Source of the DNA: a virus
Taxonomy: Duplodnaviria > Heunggongvirae > Uroviricota > Caudoviricetes
Length of the DNA stretch: 64,000 nt
Virus record (IMG/VR): IMGVR_UViG_3300027994_000001
Location: 57,776-121,775 of that record
Reading direction: 5' to 3' (one strand)
This document shows, piece after piece, positions 44,343 through 57,558 of the stretch. How positions within the stretch are numbered: the first letter of the stretch is position 1; each line of letters begins with the position of its first letter. Both the position numbers and the translations under genes were made by a program. The notes below the pieces were generated by a model, which was not told the origin of the DNA, did not search any database, and worked only from the letters and a program-made list of their open reading frames with translations.

Positions 44343-45271
44343 TTAGGATAATTAGGGCAGTTCTCTTCAACCCAATTCTGGAAAGAAAATACTAATTTGT
44401 TTTCACTTGTGTATGGACTCGGTGCTTTGTCTTTACTTACTGTATAAATACATGAAATAGAAGTAGAAGCTTTAATCAATTGCTCTACTGTATAAATAGT
44501 GTGAAGATTGTTATTGTTATTAGGATATGGCGTTACATCAACTGTGTAAACCACTTTATTTCCCGCAACTGATAACTCATTACTCCACTCGAAAGAAGCT
44601 AAACCACTGCCGTTGATTTTTGGGCCGCTATTTGTCGCTAATAATGTTCCTGTAGAATTATAAATCTTAGCTGTAATTGTTGCAGCATAGTTGTTTTTAA
44701 AACCGGAATCACTATCTAATTGAAATACAGTCAGCAATCTGCCGTAAACTGTAGTCATATTAATACTTACAACATTATTTGTCTGTAAAATATCCTGTGT
44801 TTTATTTCCTGTATACAAGACATAAGGAATATGCGTTTTTAACGACGTTAGTCTGTCTTCTGCTGAGCCACTGGCTGTAACTAATTCAAAATATTTAACC
44901 GCAGTTGTTTCTGTTGAAGCCGTAAAAGTGTTATTACCTACCGCCACATCTGTTAAAATAAAGTTTTCGTCTGCTCCGGCTGTGTTGTTTGCTACAATAT
45001 TCCACTGATCTTCTTTTGCATAAGCAGGTGTACTGTTATAAACAGCTTTAACTTTGATTACACTAACTGAGGCTGGAATATCACCGCGTTTAATTGACTT
45101 CCCTGTTTCATTTGTTGGCTGCTTAACTAAGAGTGCAACGTTTGTTTTTTGAATTGGTAATTGTGTTGTCTCTGTCTCATCTGTTGAGCAAGACGCTAAT
45201 AATAAAATAATCCCCAATGCCAGTACTAATCTGTTTGTTTTCATGTTCTTGTTTTTAATTGTTTTGCGCAA
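44333..45271 (-). CDS. surface lipoprotein (312 aa)
   Basis: Signal peptide with lipobox LLLASC; Thr/Ser/Asn-rich mature part; Cys-rich C-terminus CPNYPNCN. Overlaps the downstream OMP gene by 10 nt. Confidence 0.55.
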   Translation of the reverse strand: MRKTIKNKNMKTNRLVLALGIILLLASCSTDETETTQLPIQKTNVALLVKQPTNETGKSIKRGDIPASVSVIKVKAVYNSTPAYAKEDQWNIVANNTAGADENFILTDVAVGNNTFTASTETTAVKYFELVTASGSAEDRLTSLKTHIPYVLYTGNKTQDILQTNNVVSINMTTVYGRLLTVFQLDSDSGFKNNYAATITAKIYNSTGTLLATNSGPKINGSGLASFEWSNELSVAGNKVVYTVDVTPYPNNNNNLHTIYTVEQLIKASTSISCIYTVSKDKAPSPYTSENKLVFSFQNWVEENCPNYPNCN

Positions 45272-45481
45272 ATTTACGACTTTATTTTTAATTTCCTAAT
45301 ATTTCCGTTAAATTATTTTCTATAAAGAATTTTCTTAGTCCGCTTTGTTGAGATAGGCTGTGTAAGACTCCTAATTTTAATATAGAGTCATTATCCTCAT
45401 ACGCTTTTTTAAATGCCTCCTGTAAGCCAAAACACCTGTTAAATGCGTTTTCTATTTGTTCCTTTTCAAATTCGTTCATAA

Positions 45482-45889
45482 TCAAATGTTTTTTACAATG
45501 AATAGTCTTAGTTCTTTAATTGCTTGATTTAACAATTTTGGTGCGTCATAAACTCCTAGAAAACTCTGTTGTGCCATTTCTATAGGAACTAGCTCATAAG
45601 AGTTACAAAAACAACCGAGTCTAAAAAACCTGCTCTTTGATTCTGACATACAGTGCTCGTTTTCTGTACTTGTTAAGGGAATGCAAATTACATAAGTTGC
45701 TGTTACTTTTATGATTACACCAGGACGAGGTTTAACGCGACACTTCAAAAGTATGACGTCGCCTTTTTTAAAATACTCAGGGCATAACTTCATATTAGCT
45801 GTAGAGATACCCGTTATCATTTCTCTTACATATTTACCTAGATACTGAGAAGTAGGTACAATACTGTCTATTGTTTCTTGCTTTGTCAT
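45482..45889 (-). CDS. MazF/PemK-like (CcdB/MazF-fold) protein
   Basis: KKGDVILLKCRVKPRPGVIIKV...YVICIPLTS resembles the MazF/PemK block GDIxxVDF..RPAlVvS...VVPLTS. Confidence 0.4.
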   Translation of the reverse strand: MTKQETIDSIVPTSQYLGKYVREMITGISTANMKLCPEYFKKGDVILLKCRVKPRPGVIIKVTATYVICIPLTSTENEHCMSESKSRFFRLGCFCNSYELVPIEMAQQSFLGVYDAPKLLNQAIKELRLFIVKNI

Positions 45890-48612
45890 CTTTCTAATTG
45901 TTTAGCAGTTCTTGTCCAATTTCTTTTATTCTTTTTTGTTCCGCGAATTCAATCTCCATTTGTCTCAATTCAGAACATTTGTAGTGAAATTCCTGATCTA
46001 TTGTATGTTTAAAGAGCGATAACATTTTTTCAGGAAGCTTAAAACTAATATCAAACTTAAAATCTCTTTTCTCTGAAAAAGAAGACCATCGAGGAATATA
46101 AAAATAAGAGATTGAAGCCTTTAAATCCTTATTTACTTTAACATGAAATTCATCTAAGTTTGTACCCCAATTACTCTCATTAGTGTAAGGATTATACTCC
46201 TTATCAAACTCATTTGCATATCTTATATCAGAAACTTTTATCTCTCCACTTATAATACCTTCCTTTATCGGTTTCACAATGTCTCTGAAAATCTCCCAGC
46301 TGTTTTGAGTACTGTAGACGCTTATCGAGCCTATTATTTTAAGTTTGTTTTTCATAATCTAATTTCTTATTGTGATCTCTTTTGCACCCAATAAAATCAT
46401 ATAATCAAGTGCCTCATTAATAGTCTTATGAATTCTATTATTTCCTTGGTCTGGTGCGGGAAAAAGACTTAAATACCTCCTTTTACCATCAAACTCAATA
46501 AAATACCTGTGAACATCATTGTAAATAGAATTTATTTCATCGTCCATAAGTAAATCAGCGTCTACACCGAAATGTTCTAAGGCTAATTCATTACGTTTTG
46601 TTAAGCCTATTGAGTTAAACCAATTTATTGCTTTTTTATTTTCCATCACCAGCCTTTTAAAAATTCTGTTGTTAAATCATCTTGTTCTTTACTAACCCAA
46701 TTTAATAATTCAACTGAAATTACTTTTTCTTTTTTAATCGAGTCTACAAATTTTAATAAGCTTTCTTGGTCTGTATCTGTTGTGTAAATATCAAGATTGT
46801 GATAATCATCTTCTGTTTTTAGTTTTATTTTCGCGCGAAATAAATAATCATCAAATTGTTCTCTTGAATATTTTAGGTTTTTTATTGTTTTCATGATTTA
46901 ATATTATGTTTTACATCTTCTTTTAACTGAATCTCTTTAAGCTCTAACAATCTTGCTAGTTTTAAAGCAGTTGTTTCTAGTTCTAAATCTATGTTTTCAA
47001 ATTCTTCTTCGCTGTCTTGTAACAAAAAGAATTCGCACATATCTTCATGTGTTTCGTGTATTGCATGTGTATTAGTGTAGATTACTGTATTTATAAAATC
47101 CGTAAATGGTTTCTTGAAGGTATGTAATCTTTCTAATTCGTTTGTGACTGATTTAAAAATGTTATAGTCTTTCATTTCTTCAATTTCTTAAAAGCGGTTA
47201 TTACTTGAACGGATTCTAAATCTCGTTTTAGTTTTTCATCCAGCTTTGTATTAAACTGTTCTGTTATCTCTTGTAGTAACAAAATACTTTCTTTTGTTGT
47301 TTTATCTACTAGTAATGCTTTAAGTATTCCTTTTATATTCTCCTGACGCTTTTTTGAAGCGTTCTCAACATCTTTTTTCCTTAGGTACACCTTAGACATC
47401 CTAATTAATTTAAAGTTGCTTATATCCATTGTTTTAAAGTTTTATTGATATTTTTCCTATGTCTTTTCCTGTCAAGATATAATAAGTATTTAGACCTCTT
47501 ACATTTTTTGTGTATGAAATTCCCAATTTTTTCAAACGTGGCGCAAGCTCAGATGTCCCCACCCAGAGATTGACCGTCTTAATTGCTGTAGTTATTTTAC
47601 TATCGTCATCTAAAAAGATAACTTCTTCATCATAGCTCATAATTCTTTACTTTTAAAAATTCATCGGCAAAATCAGGGCTGTAATAGCTTCCATTGCCTT
47701 TATACTCTACTCTTGTTTCTCTAGTTGTTTGTTTTGCAAGTCTGTAAGCAAATACACTTACTTCCTGCCAGTCTTTAAATATATGCTCTACTTTTGGCGA
47801 AGCATTCCAATCTAATGATGGTCTTTTTACTTGTAGTGTTACTGTGAACATAGTTTTTCTGTTTTTGCGCTTATCGTTTATTTTTTGTTTTCCGCAAATT
47901 TTTTATCAATGTAATCTTCAATATGAATTTGTGTGGCAAAGAAAAGCATTAATATTGCAAGTAATAACAAACCTATTCTAAATTCTATATCCTTTGTACA
48001 TTAAAGCTGCTGCTGAATACCCTAGGAATTTAAAGTAATAAAAGTATTTCATTTTTTGTCTTTTTTAGATTTTGTAAATAATGCCTGTACATCTTCTGCC
48101 ATTTCTGACAATCCGTACAATGTAAAATTTAGAGCGTCTTCTCTGTCACCTACCAAGACTGTTTTCATGTCTTTTACGCGGCGAATATAGTATAGTTTTG
48201 TTTCTTCGTCTTTCAGGTATTGATACCTGAAATTACTTTGTGATACTAATAGGTTTATATTTTCTGTGTCCATTTTTATTGTTTTTAAATGTTTTTTACA
48301 AATTTCGAGCAGGTTCTGAAATATCCTTCTCCTATTTTTACTACTATATCTTGCAAATAAGCGGTATCTAGTCCAAAACTTGGTATAATAATGTCTTCTA
48401 TGTCAATTTCTTCTACATAGGCTTCAATATCTTTTAATCGTTCATGACTGCCTGTTAATACAGGGTATGCAAATACTATATAAACATCTTCGTGCTCTGT
48501 ATCTTTTACAGATAATCCGCTTCCGTCTATTAGTTTTACTTTATTCCCTACTTTTATATCAGGATTTATAAATTTTCTTATTTTATAACTTTGTTTTTGC
48601 ATGACTTTCTAT

Positions 48613-48644
48613 TTTTGCGCGGAAAAAGATTTAAAAACAAACCT
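48613..48644 (-). promoter_or_regulatory. copy of recurrent motif
   Basis: TTTTTGCGCGGAAAAAGATTTAAAAACAAACC, about 15 nt upstream of the ATG of ORF 48285..48602. Confidence 0.3.
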
Positions 48645-50693
48645 CTTACCAACTGATTATTAATTCAAATTTAAAGGCTTAAACCAAGCAAAGCCATATC
48701 CAACTATCAATTCACGGACTAATTGTCTTAGAGTGAATGCAAATACTATTTGAGAGCAATTAAGCTGACATTCATAATAGGATACTTTTGATGTCGTTGT
48801 TTTAGTTATTTTCATCTTTTTATTGCATTTATAAGCTCTTTTGCAGCTTTTTTGGTTGGGCAGTCAGTGTTTTTTGTTGCATCTATTAAAGTCATATCTG
48901 TAATTGTTTTATGATACTCTAAGCCTCTTACAGGTGTTGTGTATATTACAAGGTAATGCCCTGCTGATAAGAATTTAAATGTTAAGTTTTCCATTATTTA
49001 AGCTTTTATTGGTTCTACAAAATCATTAAATAACTTACTGGAAAGACTGCCTATTTTCTTTCTTGTTTTCGGCCAATAAATGTGATACATTTCGCGTACT
49101 TGCTCAGCATAGATTTCGTCTGTTTCTATTAGTAAAACTTTCTCTAATAATGAGAACGGTTTTGTTACTTTATATTTTTTCATTGTTTTAAAATAAATCG
49201 TTAATATCTTCTTCTATTGATTCTGTTACAACCATATTTAATAAGCTTGCTTTTAGTTCTAATGCGGGCAAACAAAGTAAATAAGTTTCTTCGTCGCAAA
49301 ACACTGCAACTACTTCCGAGTGTTTATCTGATTCAAAATATACTTTTATCATTCTATTGGTTGTTATAATATTTTACAAATTCTATACAGGCGTTATAGA
49401 CGGCTTGTTTTGTAGTTAGACCCGTATCTCTGTATCTTATTTCAATTAAAGATTTAGAATAATTTCCATGAATTATAATTTCTACCATATAAGACAGTAT
49501 ATTAAACTCTATGTCCTTAGTTTTCTTTATCTTATCAACTACCTCCATTAACCAATTCCAATCTGAATTGTATTTAGAATCTTCAATGTATAATTCATGG
49601 TTTGTAGATTTATTATATAAACTTGAATTTTCAGGATGCATTTTTTTGTATCCCATAAATTCAGCTAGTAATATATTGTTTTCTGTACTCATGATTCTTA
49701 AATTAAAGTTGTTTCTTCATAATCTGTAATAACAAAATCTAAACAATTTTTATCGTTTGGGTTTGCTATACACTCTTTAATATCTTCCTCACTTAATCCG
49801 TAATAAAAGATTAAATCGTCAAATGCTTCGTTTTTTTCTGAATCGCTAAACTCTTTTACAATATAGTCTTCAAAAATATCTTCTGTATCGTCTTTCCAAT
49901 ATCCTGAGATGCTAAAATATTTACTCATGTTTTTTAAATTAAAGTTGTTGTTCTCCGAACAGAAGCATTTCAATATCTTTATGTGTATATACTTTATTAC
50001 AGTTTTCAATGGTTTTAAATCTGTCTTCAATTTCTTTTTGGCGCGAATTCTGGCCGCATAAAAAAGCTAAAAACATCAAAGAACCAACCGCTAAACATAC
50101 CGTTAAGCTGATTGCAATAACATTATAAGTTGTTTTCATAAGTATTTTATTAATGGTTTAATAAACAAAGCAAGTTTTCTTAAATCTTCTTCGCTTAAAG
50201 TATAACGCTCTCCGTAATTCCATCTAAAATGGGCACGCGGTAAATTTCCTTTATGGCTGTATTTTTCATTACCGTTTTTGTTTGTCCATTCATATAACAA
50301 GCCCTCATCACTATTATAAGGGTTTGTTTTAAGTCTTTTTGTTCCGCGCGAAAAAGAATTTAACATATATAAAACATCCGTTAACCCATTAGCTTTGTAT
50401 AACATATTTTCAACTTTATCTAGTAAGAAATATTGAATTTCTGTTATATTTAAAACTTCTGGAAATGTTGTACATTCTCTATAAGAACTATCTTCATTTT
50501 GAATCAATGGTTTACTGCCTTTTCTTAGATCATCGTATGTAATATTGTGCCCATTTTTAAGATAAACATAATTCCAATTTCTTAGACTTATATTTTTATC
50601 AACTTCCGTCGAAAATATTAAGAACAAATCACGCAGGAACTCTAATTTCAATTTATTAGGGTTTATTAATCCTCTGTACTTTTTCATAACTTA

Positions 50694-51500
50694 CTAATTT
50701 ATGTATGTTAAGACCTCCAATTCTTTTTCAGAAAATAAACTTGCCATTCCCTCATATTCTTTTACAACTCCTTTATATGTTCTTTCGGCTTGTCTGCTGT
50801 CTTGGTCATAACCAAAATTATCACAAAAATCCTCAAAAGTCCCAACCTCGTATTTTTCTAAACAGCTCAGCACGTCATATAAACTTGGTTCTTTCGGTTT
50901 ATCTTGTAGTTGTTTATCTTTACTAAGTACTTTATTTTCTTCTAACTCTTTTAATTTTCTTTTTGCCGCATTTTGAATACATTGAATAAACATTCCATTT
51001 TCTTTGGATACTGTCACGTATAAACCTGCCGATCTTGCGTATTCTTTTGCAAACTTTTTATTAACAGCATCATTGTAATTTTTCGCCTGTTCTTCAAAAG
51101 ATTGTTTAAGCTTATTTGCTTCAATCTCTATTACCTCATACTCTAAATTTTGAAGCTCTTCTAAAGATAATTTAAAGCTCTTACCTACAGAAATTTTATC
51201 AGATTTTAAACCTGCATAAAACTCTATTTTAGAATTGGGCTGTAATGTTTCAATTTCGCTTATATAATCACAACTATCAACAACACTAGAGCCAAATTCA
51301 AAACTGTATTTTTTATCACCTCTAACTAATTCACAGTTAAAAACGTTTCTCATTTGTTTATCTGTGTCCCACGGCATAGATTTAAATTCAACGTCTAATA
51401 TATTTAACTTGAAATTAAATTTTCCTGCTAATAAGTCGCAGGCTTTGTCGTATTCGGAAGAGTCTACAAATTTTTCTACTTTATTTATAAGTGCTTTCAT
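50694..51500 (-). CDS. hypothetical phage protein
   Basis: 268-aa ORF with a coiled-coil-like middle part. Confidence 0.45.
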   Translation of the reverse strand: MKALINKVEKFVDSSEYDKACDLLAGKFNFKLNILDVEFKSMPWDTDKQMRNVFNCELVRGDKKYSFEFGSSVVDSCDYISEIETLQPNSKIEFYAGLKSDKISVGKSFKLSLEELQNLEYEVIEIEANKLKQSFEEQAKNYNDAVNKKFAKEYARSAGLYVTVSKENGMFIQCIQNAAKRKLKELEENKVLSKDKQLQDKPKEPSLYDVLSCLEKYEVGTFEDFCDNFGYDQDSRQAERTYKGVVKEYEGMASLFSEKELEVLTYIN

Positions 51501-51613
51501 GTTTTAAAATTTTGATGTTAGTAATTCAATGCAATATAGTAAAAAATTCGCGGAAAAAAGAATAAGAGCAATTAAAACTGCTATTCCTATTTTAATAGAT
51601 AAATCTTTCATAG

Positions 51614-52204
51614 TTAATACATTTTACCATTAGACAAAAACTCATAGTTTGCAGTAAGTGTTTCTTTTATACACTCGTCACTATTATGCCATTCAATTTC
51701 ACTATAACCCATTGCTTCTAATTCTTTACACAAAGAAAGATAGTAATTTTCTATTTTTTCCCTTACTTTAGATACTACATTATTACAATTATCTGTATTG
51801 TAGTGGTTATAGTCTTCTAAATCTAAATTTACATCCCTTACACTTGAAAAAGCATAACGATCTGTAACTTTTATTGAAAAATCTAAATTATCTATCAATA
51901 CTTGTATTTGTTTCTCTTTATTTTGCCCCATAATTTCGGCGAAAAAAGAAACTAAAACAGGATTTTCCAAACCACTGGAATTAAAACTCAATCCATCGCC
52001 TTGTGAGTAACTTAAACTATACTGCAATACAGGCTCTTTAAAACCTTTTTCTTTGATTATTTCTATACAATTTTCTGAAAACATATCTAAACTAATATGC
52101 TCATAGTTTTCATTTCTAAATCTTTCTATTGCATTTTCTTGTGCTTCTTTACTTAACTCATTAAAAGTATAAACTTTTGTTCTAATTGTTCTCATTGTTT
52201 GCAC
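51614..52204 (-). CDS. hypothetical acidic phage protein
   Basis: 196-aa acidic ORF; no motif I can name with confidence. Confidence 0.4.
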   Translation of the reverse strand: MQTMRTIRTKVYTFNELSKEAQENAIERFRNENYEHISLDMFSENCIEIIKEKGFKEPVLQYSLSYSQGDGLSFNSSGLENPVLVSFFAEIMGQNKEKQIQVLIDNLDFSIKVTDRYAFSSVRDVNLDLEDYNHYNTDNCNNVVSKVREKIENYYLSLCKELEAMGYSEIEWHNSDECIKETLTANYEFLSNGKMY

Positions 52205-55200
52205 GCCTTTTTGTTATCAGGAAGCGTCTAAACTCTTTAATTGTTTTTATTGTCTTAAAATGGCTGTAAATAGCCTTGTTTGATGTTTTCTGTTCTTATT
52301 TGTTTTCGGGCAAAATAAAAACCCTAAATTTATTATTTTTAAAACTCCAAGATAATTCATTTCTAATAATACCGTCTTTAAAAGAAACGGTAAAATCTTC
52401 ATTAAGTATATAAGTTGTAGAGTAATAAAATTCATTTAACATTCTTTCTGCTATTGCTTTTGAGCTTGCGGAAATTAATATTTTTGGTTTCATATCTTAA
52501 TGTTTGTAAATAAGTTCGTGAGGTGTGAAAATATCTTGGTATTCTCTTAATCTTTCATAGCTTAATCCGTTTGTACATTCATTTTGAAATTCCAGCCAAA
52601 CAGAAAGAAAACCTTTATCATTTATTGCTATTTCAAAAGCATCTAAATTATCGTAGTTGTTATTTAGTTTCATAATTACAATGTCTTGATTAATAAATTA
52701 ACTTTTTAAGATATTCAAGATTATTCTTTGCTTTTCTTTGTTGTGTTAATCCTGCTTTATATCTTTTCCAATTATACCGACTTACAGAATTAATAAATGC
52801 TAAAATATCGGTCGTTCCTCTTACTGCTAAACGTCTGGAAATATCTGAACACTTGTTATTTGTTATAATAGCGTGATAAAAAGTCGATTTGTTTTTTATT
52901 CGTGCTCTTCTTTCATTTGTATACGCCATTCCTTTGGCAAGTCTTGAAGGCCTGTTTTCTATTTGTGGTTTTACACCCCAATATAATATCTGTTTTTTGC
53001 TTTTAGTTTTCATATTTATTTGAATTGCGACATTTAAAGTGTCGTTATGTCGTGATTAATTTTCGCGGGAATAAAAAAAATGAAAAAGAAAATTACATAT
53101 CAGCCATAATAACATAACCAGTATATAATAAGTCAATTTCTTCACAAATATACTGTGTTACGGGACAATTTGTAGTACGTTCTTTTAGTTCTTTCAGTGC
53201 TTTTATAATTGCTTCACATCTTTTTAAATCTCTTTCATAACTGTAAGTAGTTGACTGTGTAACATCAAAGCTTAAGTTCTGTAGTAATAGACTTAATAAA
53301 TCGTGATTCGGCCAAACAACTGTAAGAAAAGATAAAAAAGTTCTTGTTTTCTCTACTTGTTTTTTAAATGCGGATAACTGTTTTTGTGTTTTCATAATTA
53401 TTATATTAAATTTGCCGGGAAAAAAGAATTAAAAGAAAGGATTATATAACCACAATAGTAAGACAATCACTAAAATAAACCCTATCAAATAACAATTGAG
53501 CCAAACCATTTACAGTTAAGCTTACTACACCGCTGTTATGGTCATAAGACGAGTAACTCCCCTCTATAACATTAACAGTTATTTCTGTATATAAATTATT
53601 TTCGTAGTATTGACATTCATTGTTTTTAATTAAGTCTAATACATTTACTTTTGGTATTTGGATTGCTTCCATTGTGTTAAAATTTGTTAAGTATTAAATA
53701 TAGTGTTTATAGGTCGATAAATTCAAAAAAGACCAATCGGTCATAAAAAGAGTGCTTATAAAAGGAATGAAAAGGTATTGAGGGAATTGTCCTCACCTTT
53801 AAAGCCCTGTAAAAGTTTAAACTATTCTCAATAAAAAAGAAATTCCCTGAGAATTATGCGTATTGGCTCTAGGCGAGAATAAAAGAAAGTTGCGAATAAT
53901 GCAATTTAAAGCTTTTTATACTCTTTTAGCTCAATTGAATTCCCCTCACAGTCGAAATAAATAGTATAACGTTTGTCACTGCAATAATTTTTCTTAACTA
54001 AGTAATGAGCTTTTGCGCTTTTGTTTGCGTTAATGATTAATTTTACATAGTATAGTGTTATGTAGTTATTAAACATTTGTATTCTGTATCCGTAATCTTT
54101 CTTAGTTACTTTTGTTACTCTAGTTCCTTGAGTGTTTATTGGTTCTACTGTTAATAGTTGATTGTAGTTCATAATATTTTTCTGTTTTTATTTCTTTTTT
54201 GCGCGAAATTTAGTCTAAACTATAATAAGTTTCTTCATCCATATCAATAAAATATGTAGTATGATTGTTGAAAGAAACTTTAAACTTTGATAAGCTATTA
54301 TCTATAAAAGATAAGCTTCTTATTGAAATAGATAGAAAAGGTGTTTTTGTATCTATAAACTCTATTAACTGTATAATATTAAATGACTTCATTGTATTAC
54401 TTTTTAAATTCTTTTAATTCCCTTTGTAAACAGTTTTCTTTTAGCTTGTGAGTAGTTTTAATTTTATACTTTTCATATGCTTGTCTTGGTGTTGTAACTG
54501 TTTTAAATGTTTTCAGTTCTTTTTTTACCGCCTCAAAAGCTTGGTATCTGTAAAAGTCTCCATAACCATATTGAAAAGGTAGTATTAATCTTTTTTCAGT
54601 TTGTTTGCCCGCATTTACAATTACTTCGCCTGCAAAATAACTGTTCCCGTTTACCTTGTCAAACCATTCTTTACAATGTACATCGATGGTTTTTATATTG
54701 TTTGCTTTCATTTTCTTTCTGTTTAGTTTTTGTTTGCGCGAATAATAGCTTTGATTCTTTTAATTTCAGCGGCCGTTTTATTTACTGTAAAATCATTTAA
54801 TAACTCACTCAATACATTTAGAATATAATACTTAGTTGTATCGTCATTCTCTATAATAAAATCATAGCCATTCCAGTAGTTACGGTTAATTTCTTTGTAA
54901 GCATCAGTACATTTAATATTGATTGCCACGCCCGCATTAAAAACTGAGATATCAAAGAAAAGATAATCTTTTGAACTGTTAAACGCTCTTAATAGTTCTT
55001 TAATTGGGCTTGTCTGTAGTGTGTTTATTAGTGACATAATAATAAGTTTTAAATGAATATTTGTTTTAGTGCCGTTCCTAATCTCGCTTTAAGGTGCTAG
55101 TCATTAACTATCAAACGGCTTTGTTTTTCTTTTCCCGCATTTCGCCGACAAAAAAGAATAAAACAGACTTTTAAATTAAGTCTAATATAATAAATCCTTA

Positions 55201-55566
55201 CTAAATAAGGAATGAAATAATCTATGTTACTGCTTTAGTCCTTTGTTTACCCTCGCAAAACTAATACGAGATAGTTTTAAAAGATAACTACTAACTTTTG
55301 TAAGAACGTGTTTCAAAGATGCGTTTAAATCTTTAATAGCTTTATTAGATACTATTAAACTATTTACATTTGCGAAGTGAATGCCTTTCGACCTTAACAC
55401 TATTCTAAGAGCTTAACACGAACTTAGATGCTTGAATATTTTACTGCTTTAATTCTTATACAAATATATGTCGATATTTAATATAAAATACTGAAAATAA
55501 ATTTTTTTATTTGAAATGTTTTTCGTATAACGTGCGTGTGCGTTCCTATATTAATCTGTTTTAGTT

Positions 55567-55611
55567 TTTATTTCGCGCGAAAAAAGAATAGTAGTCAATA
55601 AAACAAAACCG
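55567..55611 (-). promoter_or_regulatory. copy of recurrent motif inside the large non-coding region
   Basis: TTTTATTTCGCGCGAAAAAAGAATAGTAGTCAATAAAACAAAACC. Confidence 0.3.
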
Positions 55612-57558
55612 CAATTAAATCATAAATATAAAATCAATATAATACTAAGAATAAAAGAACAGAAAGAAAAGTTATAAAATAAAATATCTGTACAAATAAG
55701 TAATAGCTGGAAATAACATAATAACAAACATAGATAAAGACCAGATAAAAACTTCAAAAACTAGGATCGATTTTAAGCCCTTGTATGAAAAATGAAACGG
55801 TTTTGGATGTTGACCCTCGGGCTACCCCAGAAACGCCAGGATTTGATACGTCAATCCCAGTAGGTCTAAGTACAGAGGGACACGTAAACAATTTTTAAAA
55901 TATGTACCATTCACAAAAATTTTTAGAAAATAAAAACCCTCACCAAAAATTGAAATCAAGTTCAAAGTTTAGGGAGGGGGTTCATTATAAATAGGGGTAT
56001 TAATCTAAGGGGTGGGTATTCTTAACTAAGTAGTAATACTGGTTGATTGTCTCCCTCATATCCTTTATGTGTGTTCGCATGTATTCAGCTAGTATATAAG
56101 GAAAAGTTCCTTTGTCTTTTTTCCATTGATCTAACTGATATAGTTTGTCACTGATTCTATCTAAGTTATTGTGAGCATCATGCTGTAAGTTTATATTGGC
56201 TTTATCTCTGTTTAGAAGTATTTCTTCTATGTTGTAGAATAGTGCCAGTTCTACTTTATGTTCTGCATATCTTTCTATTACGTGGCTTAGTTCTTCAAAG
56301 TTATCGAAGTCTAATGTTTTCTCTATATCTGGATACTTTTCTGTTATGAATTCGTATAGTGTCATTTAATTTTCTGTTTTTAAGCTTTTTCGGCGGCTTT
56401 TCTCTTTCTTCTAAAGCCGGCTAGTATTAAATTGTAATCGTATCTGTAAAATAACCTGCTTCTAAATATTGTACATAAGACACAACTCATAAATAAATTA
56501 AATTTTTCCATATGTATGATCATAGTATTCATCTGATGATTTAAAATTTTGTTTTTCTCCAAAGCTGTATGCCATTTTTATCTCTGTTTCAATTTCTTTT
56601 TCGGCCGACTTCTGCCTGATAGAATAAAGAAGTTTCTTTTGTTTTTCTTACATATACTTTTTTCATAACTATTTTACTGTTACTGATTTTTTACCGTTCC
56701 AAATTCCAGTATCCAGTTCTTTAATAATCTCTTCGGCTTTATTAAAAACATTTTCTGCTTTTTCTACTGTGCCGTATACTCTAACAATTATTTTACCTTT
56801 TTTCATCTCTTTTCCAGATGATTTTAATTCCCATTTAAATACCCCGACTGAGAAGGTTTTATTCCACCCTGCTTCTGACAGAGAGTTATCTTTATCGTAA
56901 TCATGTTTATCTGTAAATTGAATATCTTTTGTATTATACATATATTTATTTTTTGAAATATTCTGAAAATTCTACCACTCTTAATCCTGACTCCTTTTGA
57001 TAATATACACTTCCGACAGATCCTATTGAATACTTAGTTTTCTTTTTTGCCCAGATTACAATTGCTGTTGGTTCTGTTTCCATAGGGGGCGACCAGTCAA
57101 TGTATAATACTTCCTTACCTAAAAAGTTTTGAATTATGTCATACTCTTCTTTATTTTTTATTTGTATTGATAATCCTTTTTCTTTTTTCACATTAATTCC
57201 TTTAGGTGGTTCATACTCATCTATGTTTATTCCTGAGTCTGGTTTTACTTGGATGTTTCTTATGTGGTCGTTTCTTTTTAGTTTCATTGTTTTTCCGCCG
57301 ATTCGAAATTATCCTTAAAATATTGCTCGGCAATCAACCACTGATCTAAATGGTTTTTAGGATTACGCCCAATCATGTCACCAATCTTAGGACTTCCATT
57401 GTCTAAATCAGCTTCACTTATAGAGACTAATTTATCATAATTATGCTCAATACAACCATAAGCTTTGAACTTTATTATATCTGATTCTGTAACTTCTCTT
57501 ATTTCTGCTATTTGACTTCTTCTGTATTGTTTAAAATCTTCCATATTATTTTTGTGTT

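Noticed and set aside
55100-55112. Possible extra VR copy (shares TCAAACGG with the TR)
   Set aside because: Only an 8-mer match with no flanking similarity; consistent with chance.
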